DNA of 32,000 nt from Pseudomonas aeruginosa (lineage in GTDB: Bacteria; Pseudomonadota; Gammaproteobacteria; Pseudomonadales; Pseudomonadaceae). Position numbers and translations under genes: made by a program. Of the stretch, positions 1 to 8,849 are shown one piece after another. Where the stretch lies: positions 1,200,001 to 1,232,000 of the forward strand of contig NZ_LN831024.1 of NCBI RefSeq assembly GCF_001457615.1. The letters are read 5' to 3'. The notes below the pieces were generated by a model. The model searched no databases, was not told where the DNA came from, and was given only the letters and a program-made list of their open reading frames with translations. The stretch's first letter is position 1. Every line of letters begins with the position of its first letter.

Positions 1-45
1 GGTAGATTTTTTTCGCCGAGCTGGGAAGACAGCAGTTCGGGTAAA

Positions 46-78
46 GGCAGCGTCTCGACTCCAGCGCTGCCTTTTTTT
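46..78 (+). terminator. Rho-independent terminator
   Basis: GGCAGCG(46-52)...CGCTGCC(65-71) stem followed by seven T. Confidence 0.8.
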
Positions 79-107
79 ATTTGCAGGCCGGATCAGATCG
101 CAGACAA

Positions 108-133
108 CAAAAAACCGGCGCGAAGGCCGGTTT
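108..133 (-). terminator. Rho-independent terminator for leftward transcription
   Basis: ACCGGC/GCCGGT stem with 6-nt loop; an A-run on the + strand (U-run on the - strand) precedes it. Confidence 0.6.
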
Positions 134-178
134 CTCTGCTGTCCTGTGCTCCCCCTGGAAACGCTTGGGAAGTTAGGA

Positions 179-202
179 TGGTGCTCGGGAGGGACTTAAA
201 TT
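179..202 (-). repeat. Degenerate tRNA-Leu 3'-end-like sequence, possible attachment-site remnant
   Basis: Reverse complement AATTTAAGTCCCTCCCGAGCACCA aligns with the tRNA-Leu 3' end AGTTCGAGTCTCTCCCGAGGCACCA at about 20/25 positions with one gap. Confidence 0.35.
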
Positions 203-422
203 AGATGTAAATCTATTTTTTATTTTGCAATACCCCCATGTCGAAAGTTGCTCGATAGCCAGGCTGACTTTGCTGGAGTGGTTACGACTCCTACAGATTG
301 AACCGCGCCTGCATACTTACAGAAACCATGTGTTTGATCTAGAGTCTTCGTTGGGTCAGATGCCGGTCAGGAATGCGAGCTACGCTCGGCAGTGCGCAGT
401 TGGCTGAATCGCCCCGGATTCT

Positions 423-1304
423 CTAGACACATTGCAAGTTCATTGCATGACGCTTTTCAAACTCTAGCGGTGACAGCTGATTGTTGAAACCATGTCGGCG
501 TTTTGAGTTGTAGAACATTTCGATGTAATCGAACACATCGCTACGAGCATCTTCCCGCGTGGTGTAAATTTTCCGCTTGATCCGTTCTCGTTTCAGAAGC
601 TGGAAAAAGCTCTCGGCCACGGCGTTGTCATGACAGTTGCCTCGACGACTCATGCTGGCAACCAAATTGTTTGCCTTCAAAAAGCTGCGCCAATCGGAGC
701 TGCTGTACTGGCTGCCCTGGTCGGAATAAACCATCACCTCTTGCTTCGGTTTACGCCTCCAAACCGCCATCAACAACGCATTAATAGCCAAATCACTGGT
801 CATCTGCGCCTTCATTGACCAGCCAACGACCTGACGAGAAAAAAGATCCAACACCACCGCCAAATACAACCAGCCTTCATACGTACGAATGTAGGTGATG
901 TCGGTTACCCAAACCTTGTTGGGTTCCACTACATCGAATTGGCGCTTCAGCAAATTGGGCGAGGCGACCGCTGGCTTACCGCCGTACTTTCCAGGGCGGC
1001 GTCGATAACCTGTCTGAGAGCGCAGTCCTTCAAGACGCATCAGCCTTGCCACACGATGGCGCCCGCAAACTTCACCGACCTCGCGCAGATCGTCATGGAT
1101 TTTGCGATAGCCATAAACGGTGCCGCTCTCCAGCCAAGAATGCTTGATCAAACCCAGCAGTCGCTGATCGTCTTTAGCGCGTGCCGATTGCGGCTCAGAC
1201 AACCAGGCGTAATAACCGCTGGGATGGACCTTCAGCGTCAGGCAAAGCCGTCGAATGGAATAGTTGCCGGCTCGCTGCTTGATAAAGGCGTACCTCAACC
1301 GCAC
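423..1304 (-). CDS. IS3-family transposase OrfB (DDE integrase core)
   Basis: Motifs VWVTDITYI, VYSDQGSQYSS and NAVAESFFQLLKRE fit D, D and E of the rve domain; HTH_21-like N-terminus. Expressed as an OrfAB fusion by -1 frameshift. Confidence 0.95.
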   Translation of the reverse strand: MRLRYAFIKQRAGNYSIRRLCLTLKVHPSGYYAWLSEPQSARAKDDQRLLGLIKHSWLESGTVYGYRKIHDDLREVGEVCGRHRVARLMRLEGLRSQTGYRRRPGKYGGKPAVASPNLLKRQFDVVEPNKVWVTDITYIRTYEGWLYLAVVLDLFSRQVVGWSMKAQMTSDLAINALLMAVWRRKPKQEVMVYSDQGSQYSSSDWRSFLKANNLVASMSRRGNCHDNAVAESFFQLLKRERIKRKIYTTREDARSDVFDYIEMFYNSKRRHGFNNQLSPLEFEKRHAMNLQCV

Positions 1305-1522
1305 TCCTTGGCAAAGTACGCGGCGGCCTTTTTTAAGATATCTCGCTCTTCAGTGACGCGCTTTAGTTCGGCTCGCAGACGACGCAGTTCAGCGTGCTGA
1401 TCATCGTCCTGCTGCCGTTCTTCTTGAGGTTTGCTGTAGCGCTTTATCCAGGCATAGAGGCTATGCGTCGACACGCCGAGACGGGCCGCTACATCAGCGA
1501 CAGGCAGCTTCTTTTGGGTCAC
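1295..1522 (-). CDS. IS3-family transposase OrfA (HTH, leucine-zipper-like)
   Basis: VADVAARLGVSTHSLYAWIKRY HTH followed by ELRRLRAELKRVTEERDILKKAAAYFAKE. Confidence 0.95.
   Translation of the reverse strand: MTQKKLPVADVAARLGVSTHSLYAWIKRYSKPQEERQQDDDQHAELRRLRAELKRVTEERDILKKAAAYFAKECG
1328..1334 (-). promoter_or_regulatory. Programmed -1 ribosomal frameshift heptamer A-AAA-AAG
   Basis: On the minus strand, ATC TTA AAA AAG GCC in the orfA frame. A -1 slip continues as GRRVLCQGVRLRY directly into OrfB. Confidence 0.85.
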
Positions 1523-1635
1523 TTGATTGAGTGCTTAGATTTTGAATTCTTCGGGGTAACGCGGGTTGCTCATGGCACCTCCTAATTGGCCTCAGTTTAA
1601 GGCAAAGAGGTGTCTACGAAACCCGGGGCGATTCA

Positions 1636-1872
1636 GAGAGCCCTCAAACGAAGGCTAAAACCCTATCCACTACTAATCCCAGTGCGCTAAGCAAAGAGTA
1701 CGGAAGCCAAAAAAGGGGAGTTCAAGGATGGTTAAGTAAGTGCCGCTCGGATAGAGTCACTAAAACTCAGAAAGCAAAAAAGCTTATATGGCGAGTTCAA
1801 GTCAAAGGCGCAAAGAGAACCTCCCTTGCTCTAGCAAACGAAATGCTATTAATAGTCGATTCGATATATTAA
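1636..1872 (+). pseudogene. C-terminal ORF remnant truncated by the IS right end
   Basis: Uninterrupted 78-codon frame starting at the IS boundary: ESPQTKAKTLSTTNPSALSKEYGSQKRGVQGWLSKCRSDRVTKTQKAKKLIWRVQVKGAKRTSLALANEMLLIVDSIY*. No start codon lies inside the non-IS part before codon 60. Confidence 0.4.
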
Positions 1873-1913
1873 AATGAAAATATCCCTGTGAAAATTAACG
1901 GCTTCCCCAGTCC

Positions 1914-3002
1914 TTGAAAAAAGCGAAAATCAAGGAAAGGTATAAAAATTCTCGACGGCCAAAAAGAAAAATGACACCCATACAAAAAGAGGCATATATG
2001 CAAAAGCCAGAGCCAGGTCAGGCAGAGCGAGCTCCATGCGAAACTCTTCAAGAGAAGCATGAAACCAAGGAAGAGCCAAGCATCTTCCAGTCCCTCGGCA
2101 TACCTCTAATTCTCAGCGAACCGTTGACCCTCGAGCAGTTGGATGCCAACAGAGCATATCTACTCGCTGATTCTCAGGGGCGTATTCTCGCTGCCAAAAA
2201 TGGAAAGACAGAGTCCAGTGATTGGAATTGGGCGCAGATGGTGGATAAGGAGGAACATGGAAACTGGATATTCGGCGTTACTTTCAGTTCTCCTCCGACC
2301 CAAGAAAGCCCGTCGACAATTTTACTAGGCTGGCCATACAATCATGTCTGGCTTCATTCAAATGGTACCTTGCCCGCCAGTTGGCAGTGGGCATTCTGGG
2401 GCGGTGAAAAATACTCGAACTCCTCAACCCCAGACCTCAGGTTCTATCTAGCGAGCGATAATTCTCTTACAACGAGCGACGGAACAATGGCTCTGTGCGA
2501 AGACGATGGAGACGTCTATATAGGGAGTAAAACAAGTTACACACCTATAAGATTCACGATCCATACTTTCTTCCTTGCCAACCCTGCCATCTTTGCACTA
2601 GGCCAGGCTACCTGGCCAGACATAAGCTTTTCGCAGGTGAACGTGCAGCTAGCGAATTATGAATGCGAGCTCGTGGATGAGAATAAAATAAATTCAATAT
2701 ATAAAAATTTCCGCTCATCGACATCTGTTTCGTATAAAAATGATATTTTTGAGTGTGATGACTTTAGCTTTGCCTTCAAAGCCTATGCATCATTGCAGGC
2801 ATACAAAGACAGTCAGACCTTGAAACTCCAGCGCGCCTATGCAGTCGGCATACTTTTCGGTGCATCCAAGACGGGAGGGGATGGTCATGCAGTCAACTTT
2901 TTCGTCAACTACTCTGGAGAGTTGAAGATTATAGAACCACAAAATGGAAAAATTTCGGATGCGGCTAGATGGGATTACACTCCGACGTTCATGATTATCT
3001 AG
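1914..3002 (+). CDS. Putative MOA-related (chimerolectin-like) papain-like cysteine protease/effector
   Basis: 362-aa ORF with TTG start; ATG alternatives at 1971 and at 1998, the latter preceded by AGAGG. The C-terminus IFECDDFSFAFKAYAS...RAYAVGILFGASKTGGDGHAVNFFVNYSGELKIIEPQNGKISDAARWDYTPTF matches my recollection of the MOA C-terminal domain, with Cys/His/Glu at compatible spacing. Confidence 0.6.
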   Translation: MKKAKIKERYKNSRRPKRKMTPIQKEAYMQKPEPGQAERAPCETLQEKHETKEEPSIFQSLGIPLILSEPLTLEQLDANRAYLLADSQGRILAAKNGKTESSDWNWAQMVDKEEHGNWIFGVTFSSPPTQESPSTILLGWPYNHVWLHSNGTLPASWQWAFWGGEKYSNSSTPDLRFYLASDNSLTTSDGTMALCEDDGDVYIGSKTSYTPIRFTIHTFFLANPAIFALGQATWPDISFSQVNVQLANYECELVDENKINSIYKNFRSSTSVSYKNDIFECDDFSFAFKAYASLQAYKDSQTLKLQRAYAVGILFGASKTGGDGHAVNFFVNYSGELKIIEPQNGKISDAARWDYTPTFMII

Positions 3003-3130
3003 TCCGCAACATAGAGACCCTTTAAATCATCTAGCAGCTAGCGATAAATTACTTTCAACCTCCTGCCCAACATATAGAGTAATCGCTGCATTCCAAGCGT
3101 TCAAGCCATTTGAAGATGAGGAGTCAGATT

Positions 3131-3700
3131 ATGGAAAGCTTTCACAAGTTGCAGGTAAATTATTCACTCAAGCAGGTGGCTCTCGTCAAGAAACATAAAA
3201 AGACTCTCAGCACCTTGAGCATCAGCCTGCTACTTAGTGTAATTGTCTCCCAAGCACTGGCGTTGCCATTGACAGAGAATAAAAAATCCGCCAAGGACAG
3301 TACTCAGTTCTGGCTGTGCGGTGCGGGTTACATAACCGATTACGCGGTTGACGAACCTTACGCCTCGAATACCATAACCACGAAAATTAAGCTGGATACT
3401 GAGGGGTTCGACCAGCCCACAGGGAACTCCTTCGACTCTTGGATAGATGGCACCGATGCAGGAAAAGTAATAACGATCGCTACGTATCCGGGAAACTGGC
3501 CCGAGGCTTGGCAAGCGCAGGCTCGACTACTTTCCACCATTCAGAACGCGATTGAAATGAGGAATCCCGTAAGGATCTACACAACAGGGGGCCCCGCGTG
3601 CTCCGGCCCTGGCGGTGATCAGGCGTTTTCCATTCGCGTCTGTTCCGACCAGGCGGTTTGCGGTGGTAAAGATGCCCCACCCCATTCAGGGAAAGAGTAA
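3131..3700 (+). CDS. Putative secreted protein, possible SubB/PltB-like AB5 toxin B-subunit fold
   Basis: ATG at 3131 preceded by GAGGAG. Signal peptide KKHKKTLSTLSISLLLSVIVSQALA. Four Cys in the mature part; NPVRIYT and FSIRVCSDQAVCGG resemble the PVRIYY and ALVGLSTCTTSTECFG stretches of SubB. The ORF track starts it at 3110. Confidence 0.5.
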   Translation: MESFHKLQVNYSLKQVALVKKHKKTLSTLSISLLLSVIVSQALALPLTENKKSAKDSTQFWLCGAGYITDYAVDEPYASNTITTKIKLDTEGFDQPTGNSFDSWIDGTDAGKVITIATYPGNWPEAWQAQARLLSTIQNAIEMRNPVRIYTTGGPACSGPGGDQAFSIRVCSDQAVCGGKDAPPHSGKE

Positions 3701-4139
3701 CGGACCAGTCTTTGGGGCAATGTCCGGATACCTGGGTGCGAAGCGCTTCACGCCATGCGTACGAAGAGCAGCGATGGCGTGCGACGCTCCGAAATCACCG
3801 TTCGGACAGTGTGACCCTGCCGTTTCTCGTGTTATGGACAATGGATATCGGCATGACGTCGATGCTTCATTCCCATCGAGGCCCCCTCTTGCGAGCGCCT
3901 CACTTCACAGGCAGATCCTTGGCCCACAGGCGCACTGCCTTGATCCCTTCCATATGAAACGCTTGGATATCCGCTACAGCAACACCGACTAGCGGCCAGC
4001 AGCGGCCGAGGTCACTGGCGAACTGGTAATCATGAAGTGGGAGCTTGACGCCCTCGGCGGATTGTTCGACGGGATTTAACCTGTGTGTCGGACGGCTCTT
4101 TTTCTGGTTACGCCATGTTTACGCCGCCAGAAACGAAAA

Positions 4140-4170
4140 AGCCCGCAAAATCAAATATTTGCGGGCTTTT
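4140..4170 (-). terminator. Hairpin terminator downstream of tRNA-Leu (bidirectional-looking)
   Basis: AGCCCGCAAA(4140-4149)/TTTGCGGGCT(4158-4167) perfect 10-bp stem, U-run on both strands. Confidence 0.8.
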
Positions 4171-4171
4171 T

Positions 4172-4258
4172 TGGTGCCTCGGGAGAGACTCGAACTCTCA
4201 CTCTGTCGCCAGAAACGGATTTTGAATCCGCCGCGTCTACCGATTCCGCCACCGAGGC
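4172..4258 (-). tRNA. tRNA-Leu, anticodon CAA
   Basis: Reverse complement GCCTCGGTGGCGGAATCGGTAGACGCGGCGGATTCAAAATCCGTTTCTGGCGACAGAGTGAGAGTTCGAGTCTCTCCCGAGGCACCA. Acceptor GCCTCGG/CCGAGGC, anticodon loop TTCAAAA, GAGAG-TTCGAGT-CTCTC T-arm, encoded CCA. Confidence 0.97.
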
Positions 4259-4360
4259 AATGGCGGCGCAGTATAGGGAGGCGCCTACCGTTGGTCAATC
4301 GGGTTCGTGGCGGGGAAAACACATTTCCGGTAAGCTACGCGGCCTTTCGAGAGTCTCCCC

Positions 4361-5404
4361 ATGCGTGTCGCCGATTTTCATTTCGACTTGCCCGAGGCCC
4401 TGATCGCCCGTCATCCCCTGCCTGAACGCCGCGCAAGCCGCCTGTTGGCGCTGGATGGCCCGACGGGAACCCTCGCCCACAGACAATTCGCCGATCTCCT
4501 GGACTACCTGCGTCCGGGCGACCTGATGGTGTTCAACAATACCCGGGTGATCCCGGCGCGCCTGTTCGGCCAGAAGGAATCCGGCGGCAAGCTGGAAGTC
4601 CTGGTCGAGCGCGTGCTCGACCAGGACCGGGTGCTTGCCCACATACGCGCCAGCAAGGCGCCCAAGCCCGGTACGCGGATCCTCGTCGAAGGCGGTGGCA
4701 GCGCGGAGATGCTGCAACGCCACGACGCCCTGTTCGAACTCGCGTTCGCCGAGCCTGTGCTGCCTTTGCTGGAGCGGGTCGGGCACATGCCGTTGCCTCC
4801 CTATATCGACCGACCGGACGATGCGGCCGACCGCGAGCGCTACCAGACCGTCTACGCCCAGCGCGCCGGTGCGGTGGCGGCCCCGACCGCCGGCCTGCAC
4901 TTCGACGAGGCGCTGCTCGAGGCGATCCGCGCGAAGGGGGTGGATACCGCCTTCGTTACCCTGCATGTCGGCGCCGGTACCTTCCAGCCGGTGCGTGTCG
5001 AGCGTATCGAGGACCATGTGATGCACCGCGAATGGCTGGAGGTCGGCCAGGACGTGGTGGACGCGGTTTCCGTCTGCCGGGCCCGCGGCGGCCGGGTAGT
5101 CGCCGTCGGCACCACCAGCGTGCGCTCGCTGGAAAGCGCGGCACGCGACGGTGAGATGAAGCCCTTCAGCGGCGACACCGACATCTTCATCTACCCGGGC
5201 CGGCCGTTCCATGTGGTCGATGCCCTGGTCACCAACTTCCACCTGCCCGAATCCACCCTGCTGATGCTGGTCTCGGCCTTCGCCGGCTACCCGGAGACCA
5301 TGGCCGCCTACGCCGCGGCGGTGGCGCAGGGCTATCGCTTCTTCAGTTACGGTGATGCCATGTTCATCACCCGCAATCCCGCGCCCCGCGGACCCGAGGA
5401 CTGA
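4361..5404 (+). CDS. queA: S-adenosylmethionine:tRNA ribosyltransferase-isomerase
   Basis: [19 protein letters not shown]...; typical QueA sequence, adjacent to tgt. Confidence 0.97.
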   Translation: MRVADFHFDLPEALIARHPLPERRASRLLALDGPTGTLAHRQFADLLDYLRPGDLMVFNNTRVIPARLFGQKESGGKLEVLVERVLDQDRVLAHIRASKAPKPGTRILVEGGGSAEMLQRHDALFELAFAEPVLPLLERVGHMPLPPYIDRPDDAADRERYQTVYAQRAGAVAAPTAGLHFDEALLEAIRAKGVDTAFVTLHVGAGTFQPVRVERIEDHVMHREWLEVGQDVVDAVSVCRARGGRVVAVGTTSVRSLESAARDGEMKPFSGDTDIFIYPGRPFHVVDALVTNFHLPESTLLMLVSAFAGYPETMAAYAAAVAQGYRFFSYGDAMFITRNPAPRGPED

Positions 5405-6535
<1,131 letters not shown>

Positions 6536-6578
6536 CTTTCCTTTATCCAACTCTATTGCTTTGTGACAGGAGTGCTAC

Positions 6579-6917
6579 ATGAGCTTTCTAATTCCCGCTG
6601 CCTACGCCGACGCAGCCGCTCCGGCAGCCGCTGGCCCGGCCGGCACCGGTTTCGAGTGGGTCTTCCTGGTTGGTTTCCTGGTCATCTTCTACCTGATGAT
6701 CTGGCGTCCCCAGGCCAAGCGCGCCAAGGAACACAAGAACCTGCTGGGCAACCTGCAAAAAGGTGACGAAGTCGTCACTTCCGGCGGTATCGCCGGCAAG
6801 GTGACCAAGGTCGCCGACGATTTCGTCGTCGTCGAGGTCTCCGACAACGTCGAGCTGAAGTTCCAGAAGGCCGCGATTGCCGCGACCCTGCCGAAAGGCA
6901 CCCTGAAAGCGATCTGA
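6579..6917 (+). CDS. yajC: Preprotein translocase subunit YajC
   Basis: Single TM, MIWRPQAKRAKEHKNLLGNLQKGDEVVTSGGIAGKV; upstream of secDF. Confidence 0.96.
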   Translation: MSFLIPAAYADAAAPAAAGPAGTGFEWVFLVGFLVIFYLMIWRPQAKRAKEHKNLLGNLQKGDEVVTSGGIAGKVTKVADDFVVVEVSDNVELKFQKAAIAATLPKGTLKAI

Positions 6918-6976
6918 TTTTCACCTAAACACATGACGGGGCGCGCAAGGCGCCCCGCGTCATAACGGGCGGTGTC

Positions 6977-8839
6977 ATGCTCAACAAGTATCCTCTGTGG
7001 AAATATCTGCTGATCCTGGCGGTCCTCGCCGTCGGGTTCATCTATTCCGCACCCAACCTCTACCCGGACGACCCGGCGGTGCAGATCAGCGGCGCCAGCA
7101 CGGCGCTGCAGGTCACCCAGGCCGACGTCGACCGCGCTGCCAAGGCGCTGACCGACGCCGGTATCGCGGTGAAGGCCAACAGCCTGTCGAAGAAGGGCGG
7201 CCTGATCCGCCTGGTCAAGCAGGACGACCAGCTTCCCGCCAAGGAAGTGGTGCGCCGGACCCTGGGCGACGACTACGTGGTGGCGCTGAACCTGGCCCAG
7301 ACCACTCCCGAGTGGCTGCGCAAGCTGGGCGGCAGCCCAATGAAGCTCGGCCTGGACCTGTCCGGCGGCGTGCACTTCCTGCTGGAAGTGGACATGGACA
7401 AGGCGGTCGATGCCCGCCTGAAGGTCTATGAAAGCGAAGTGAAGAGCCTGCTGCGCAAGGAGCGCGTGCGCTACCGCAGCCTGCCGATCCAGGATCGCGC
7501 GATCCAGCTCGGCTTCACCGACAGCGAATCCCTGGACAAGGCGCGCAGCCTGATCGCCAAGGACTTCCGCGATTTCGAGGTCGTGCCCGAAGAGCGCAAC
7601 GGCCTGCAGGTCCTGCGTGTCGCCCTGACCCAGGCCAAACTGGCGGAAATCCGCGAGTACTCCATCAAGCAGAACCTCACCACCGTCCGCAACCGGGTCA
7701 ACGAGCTGGGCGTATCCGAGCCGCTGGTGCAGCGCCAGGGCGCCAATCGCATCGTGGTCGAGCTGCCGGGCGTGCAGGACACCGCGGAAGCCAAGCGAAT
7801 CCTCGGCAAGACCGCCAACCTCGAATTCCGCCTGGCCGCCGAGCCGGACGCCCTGAAGTCCGCCACCGAGACCTTCGAGTTCCGCGAGCCGCGCCGTCCG
7901 CCGGTGCCGCTGGAGCGCGGGGTGATCATCACCGGCGACCAGGTCACCGACGCCAGCGCCAGTTTCGACGAGAACGGCCGCCCGCAGGTGAACATCCGCC
8001 TGGATGGCCACGGCGGCGAGCTGATGAACCGCGCCACCCGCAACAACGTCGGCCGCAGCATGGCGGTGGTGTTCATCGAGCAGAAGCCGGTGACCCGCTA
8101 CACCAAGCAGATGGTCGATGGCGTCGAGAAGGAGGTCGCGGTTCCGGCGTTCAAGGAAGAGAAGCAGATCATCAGTCTGGCGACCATCCAGTCGCCGCTG
8201 GGCAACCAGTTCCGCATCACCGGCCTCGATGGCCCGGGCGAGTCCTCCGAACTGGCCCTGCTGCTGCGTGCCGGCGGCCTGGCTGCACCGATGTACTTCG
8301 CCGAAGAACGCACCATCGGCCCGAGCCTGGGGGCGGACAACATCGCCAAGGGTGTCGATGCGTCGCTCTGGGGCATGCTCTTCGTATCGCTGTTCATCAT
8401 CGTCATCTACCGTTTCTTCGGCGTGATCGCCACCGTTGCGCTGGCCTTCAACATGGTCATGCTGGTAGCGCTGATGTCGATCCTCGGCGCGACCCTGACC
8501 CTGCCGGGCATCGCCGGTATCGTGCTGACCATGGGCATGGCGGTGGACGCCAACGTGCTGATCTTCTCGCGGATACGCGAGGAGCTGGCCAATGGCATGT
8601 CGGTCCAGAGGGCGATCCACGAAGGCTTCAACCGTGCCTTCACCGCGATCCTCGACGCCAACCTGACCTCGCTGCTGGTCGGCGGCATCCTCTACGCCAT
8701 GGGCACCGGCCCGGTGAAAGGATTTGCCGTGACCATGTCGCTCGGCATCATCACCTCGATGTTCACGGCCATCATGGTCACCCGCGCAATGGTCAACCTG
8801 ATCTTCGGCGGGCGTGACTTCAAGAAGCTGTGGATCTAA
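6977..8839 (+). CDS. secD: Protein translocase subunit SecD
   Basis: LNKYPLWKYLLI..., LGLDLSGGVHFLLEVD, C-terminal SecD/F transmembrane module. Confidence 0.98.
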   Translation: MLNKYPLWKYLLILAVLAVGFIYSAPNLYPDDPAVQISGASTALQVTQADVDRAAKALTDAGIAVKANSLSKKGGLIRLVKQDDQLPAKEVVRRTLGDDYVVALNLAQTTPEWLRKLGGSPMKLGLDLSGGVHFLLEVDMDKAVDARLKVYESEVKSLLRKERVRYRSLPIQDRAIQLGFTDSESLDKARSLIAKDFRDFEVVPEERNGLQVLRVALTQAKLAEIREYSIKQNLTTVRNRVNELGVSEPLVQRQGANRIVVELPGVQDTAEAKRILGKTANLEFRLAAEPDALKSATETFEFREPRRPPVPLERGVIITGDQVTDASASFDENGRPQVNIRLDGHGGELMNRATRNNVGRSMAVVFIEQKPVTRYTKQMVDGVEKEVAVPAFKEEKQIISLATIQSPLGNQFRITGLDGPGESSELALLLRAGGLAAPMYFAEERTIGPSLGADNIAKGVDASLWGMLFVSLFIIVIYRFFGVIATVALAFNMVMLVALMSILGATLTLPGIAGIVLTMGMAVDANVLIFSRIREELANGMSVQRAIHEGFNRAFTAILDANLTSLLVGGILYAMGTGPVKGFAVTMSLGIITSMFTAIMVTRAMVNLIFGGRDFKKLWI

Positions 8840-8849
8840 GGGGACTGAG

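Larger units (their letters stand above)
405..1635 (-). mobile_element. IS3-family insertion sequence, complete, 1231 bp
   Basis: Left end TGAATCGCCCCGGATTCTCTAGACAC and right end (reverse complement) TGAATCGCCCCGGGTTTCGTAGACAC form terminal inverted repeats. They enclose overlapping orfA/orfB with a DDE integrase domain. Confidence 0.95.

Noticed and set aside
630-1585. Plus-strand ORFs within the IS (62, 153 and 63 aa)
   Set aside because: Antisense to orfA/orfB of a complete IS3-family element.
3615-3992. 125-aa plus-strand ORF
   Set aside because: Overlaps the end of the 3131-3700 gene out of frame, has no clear RBS and no recognisable family; not called as a gene.
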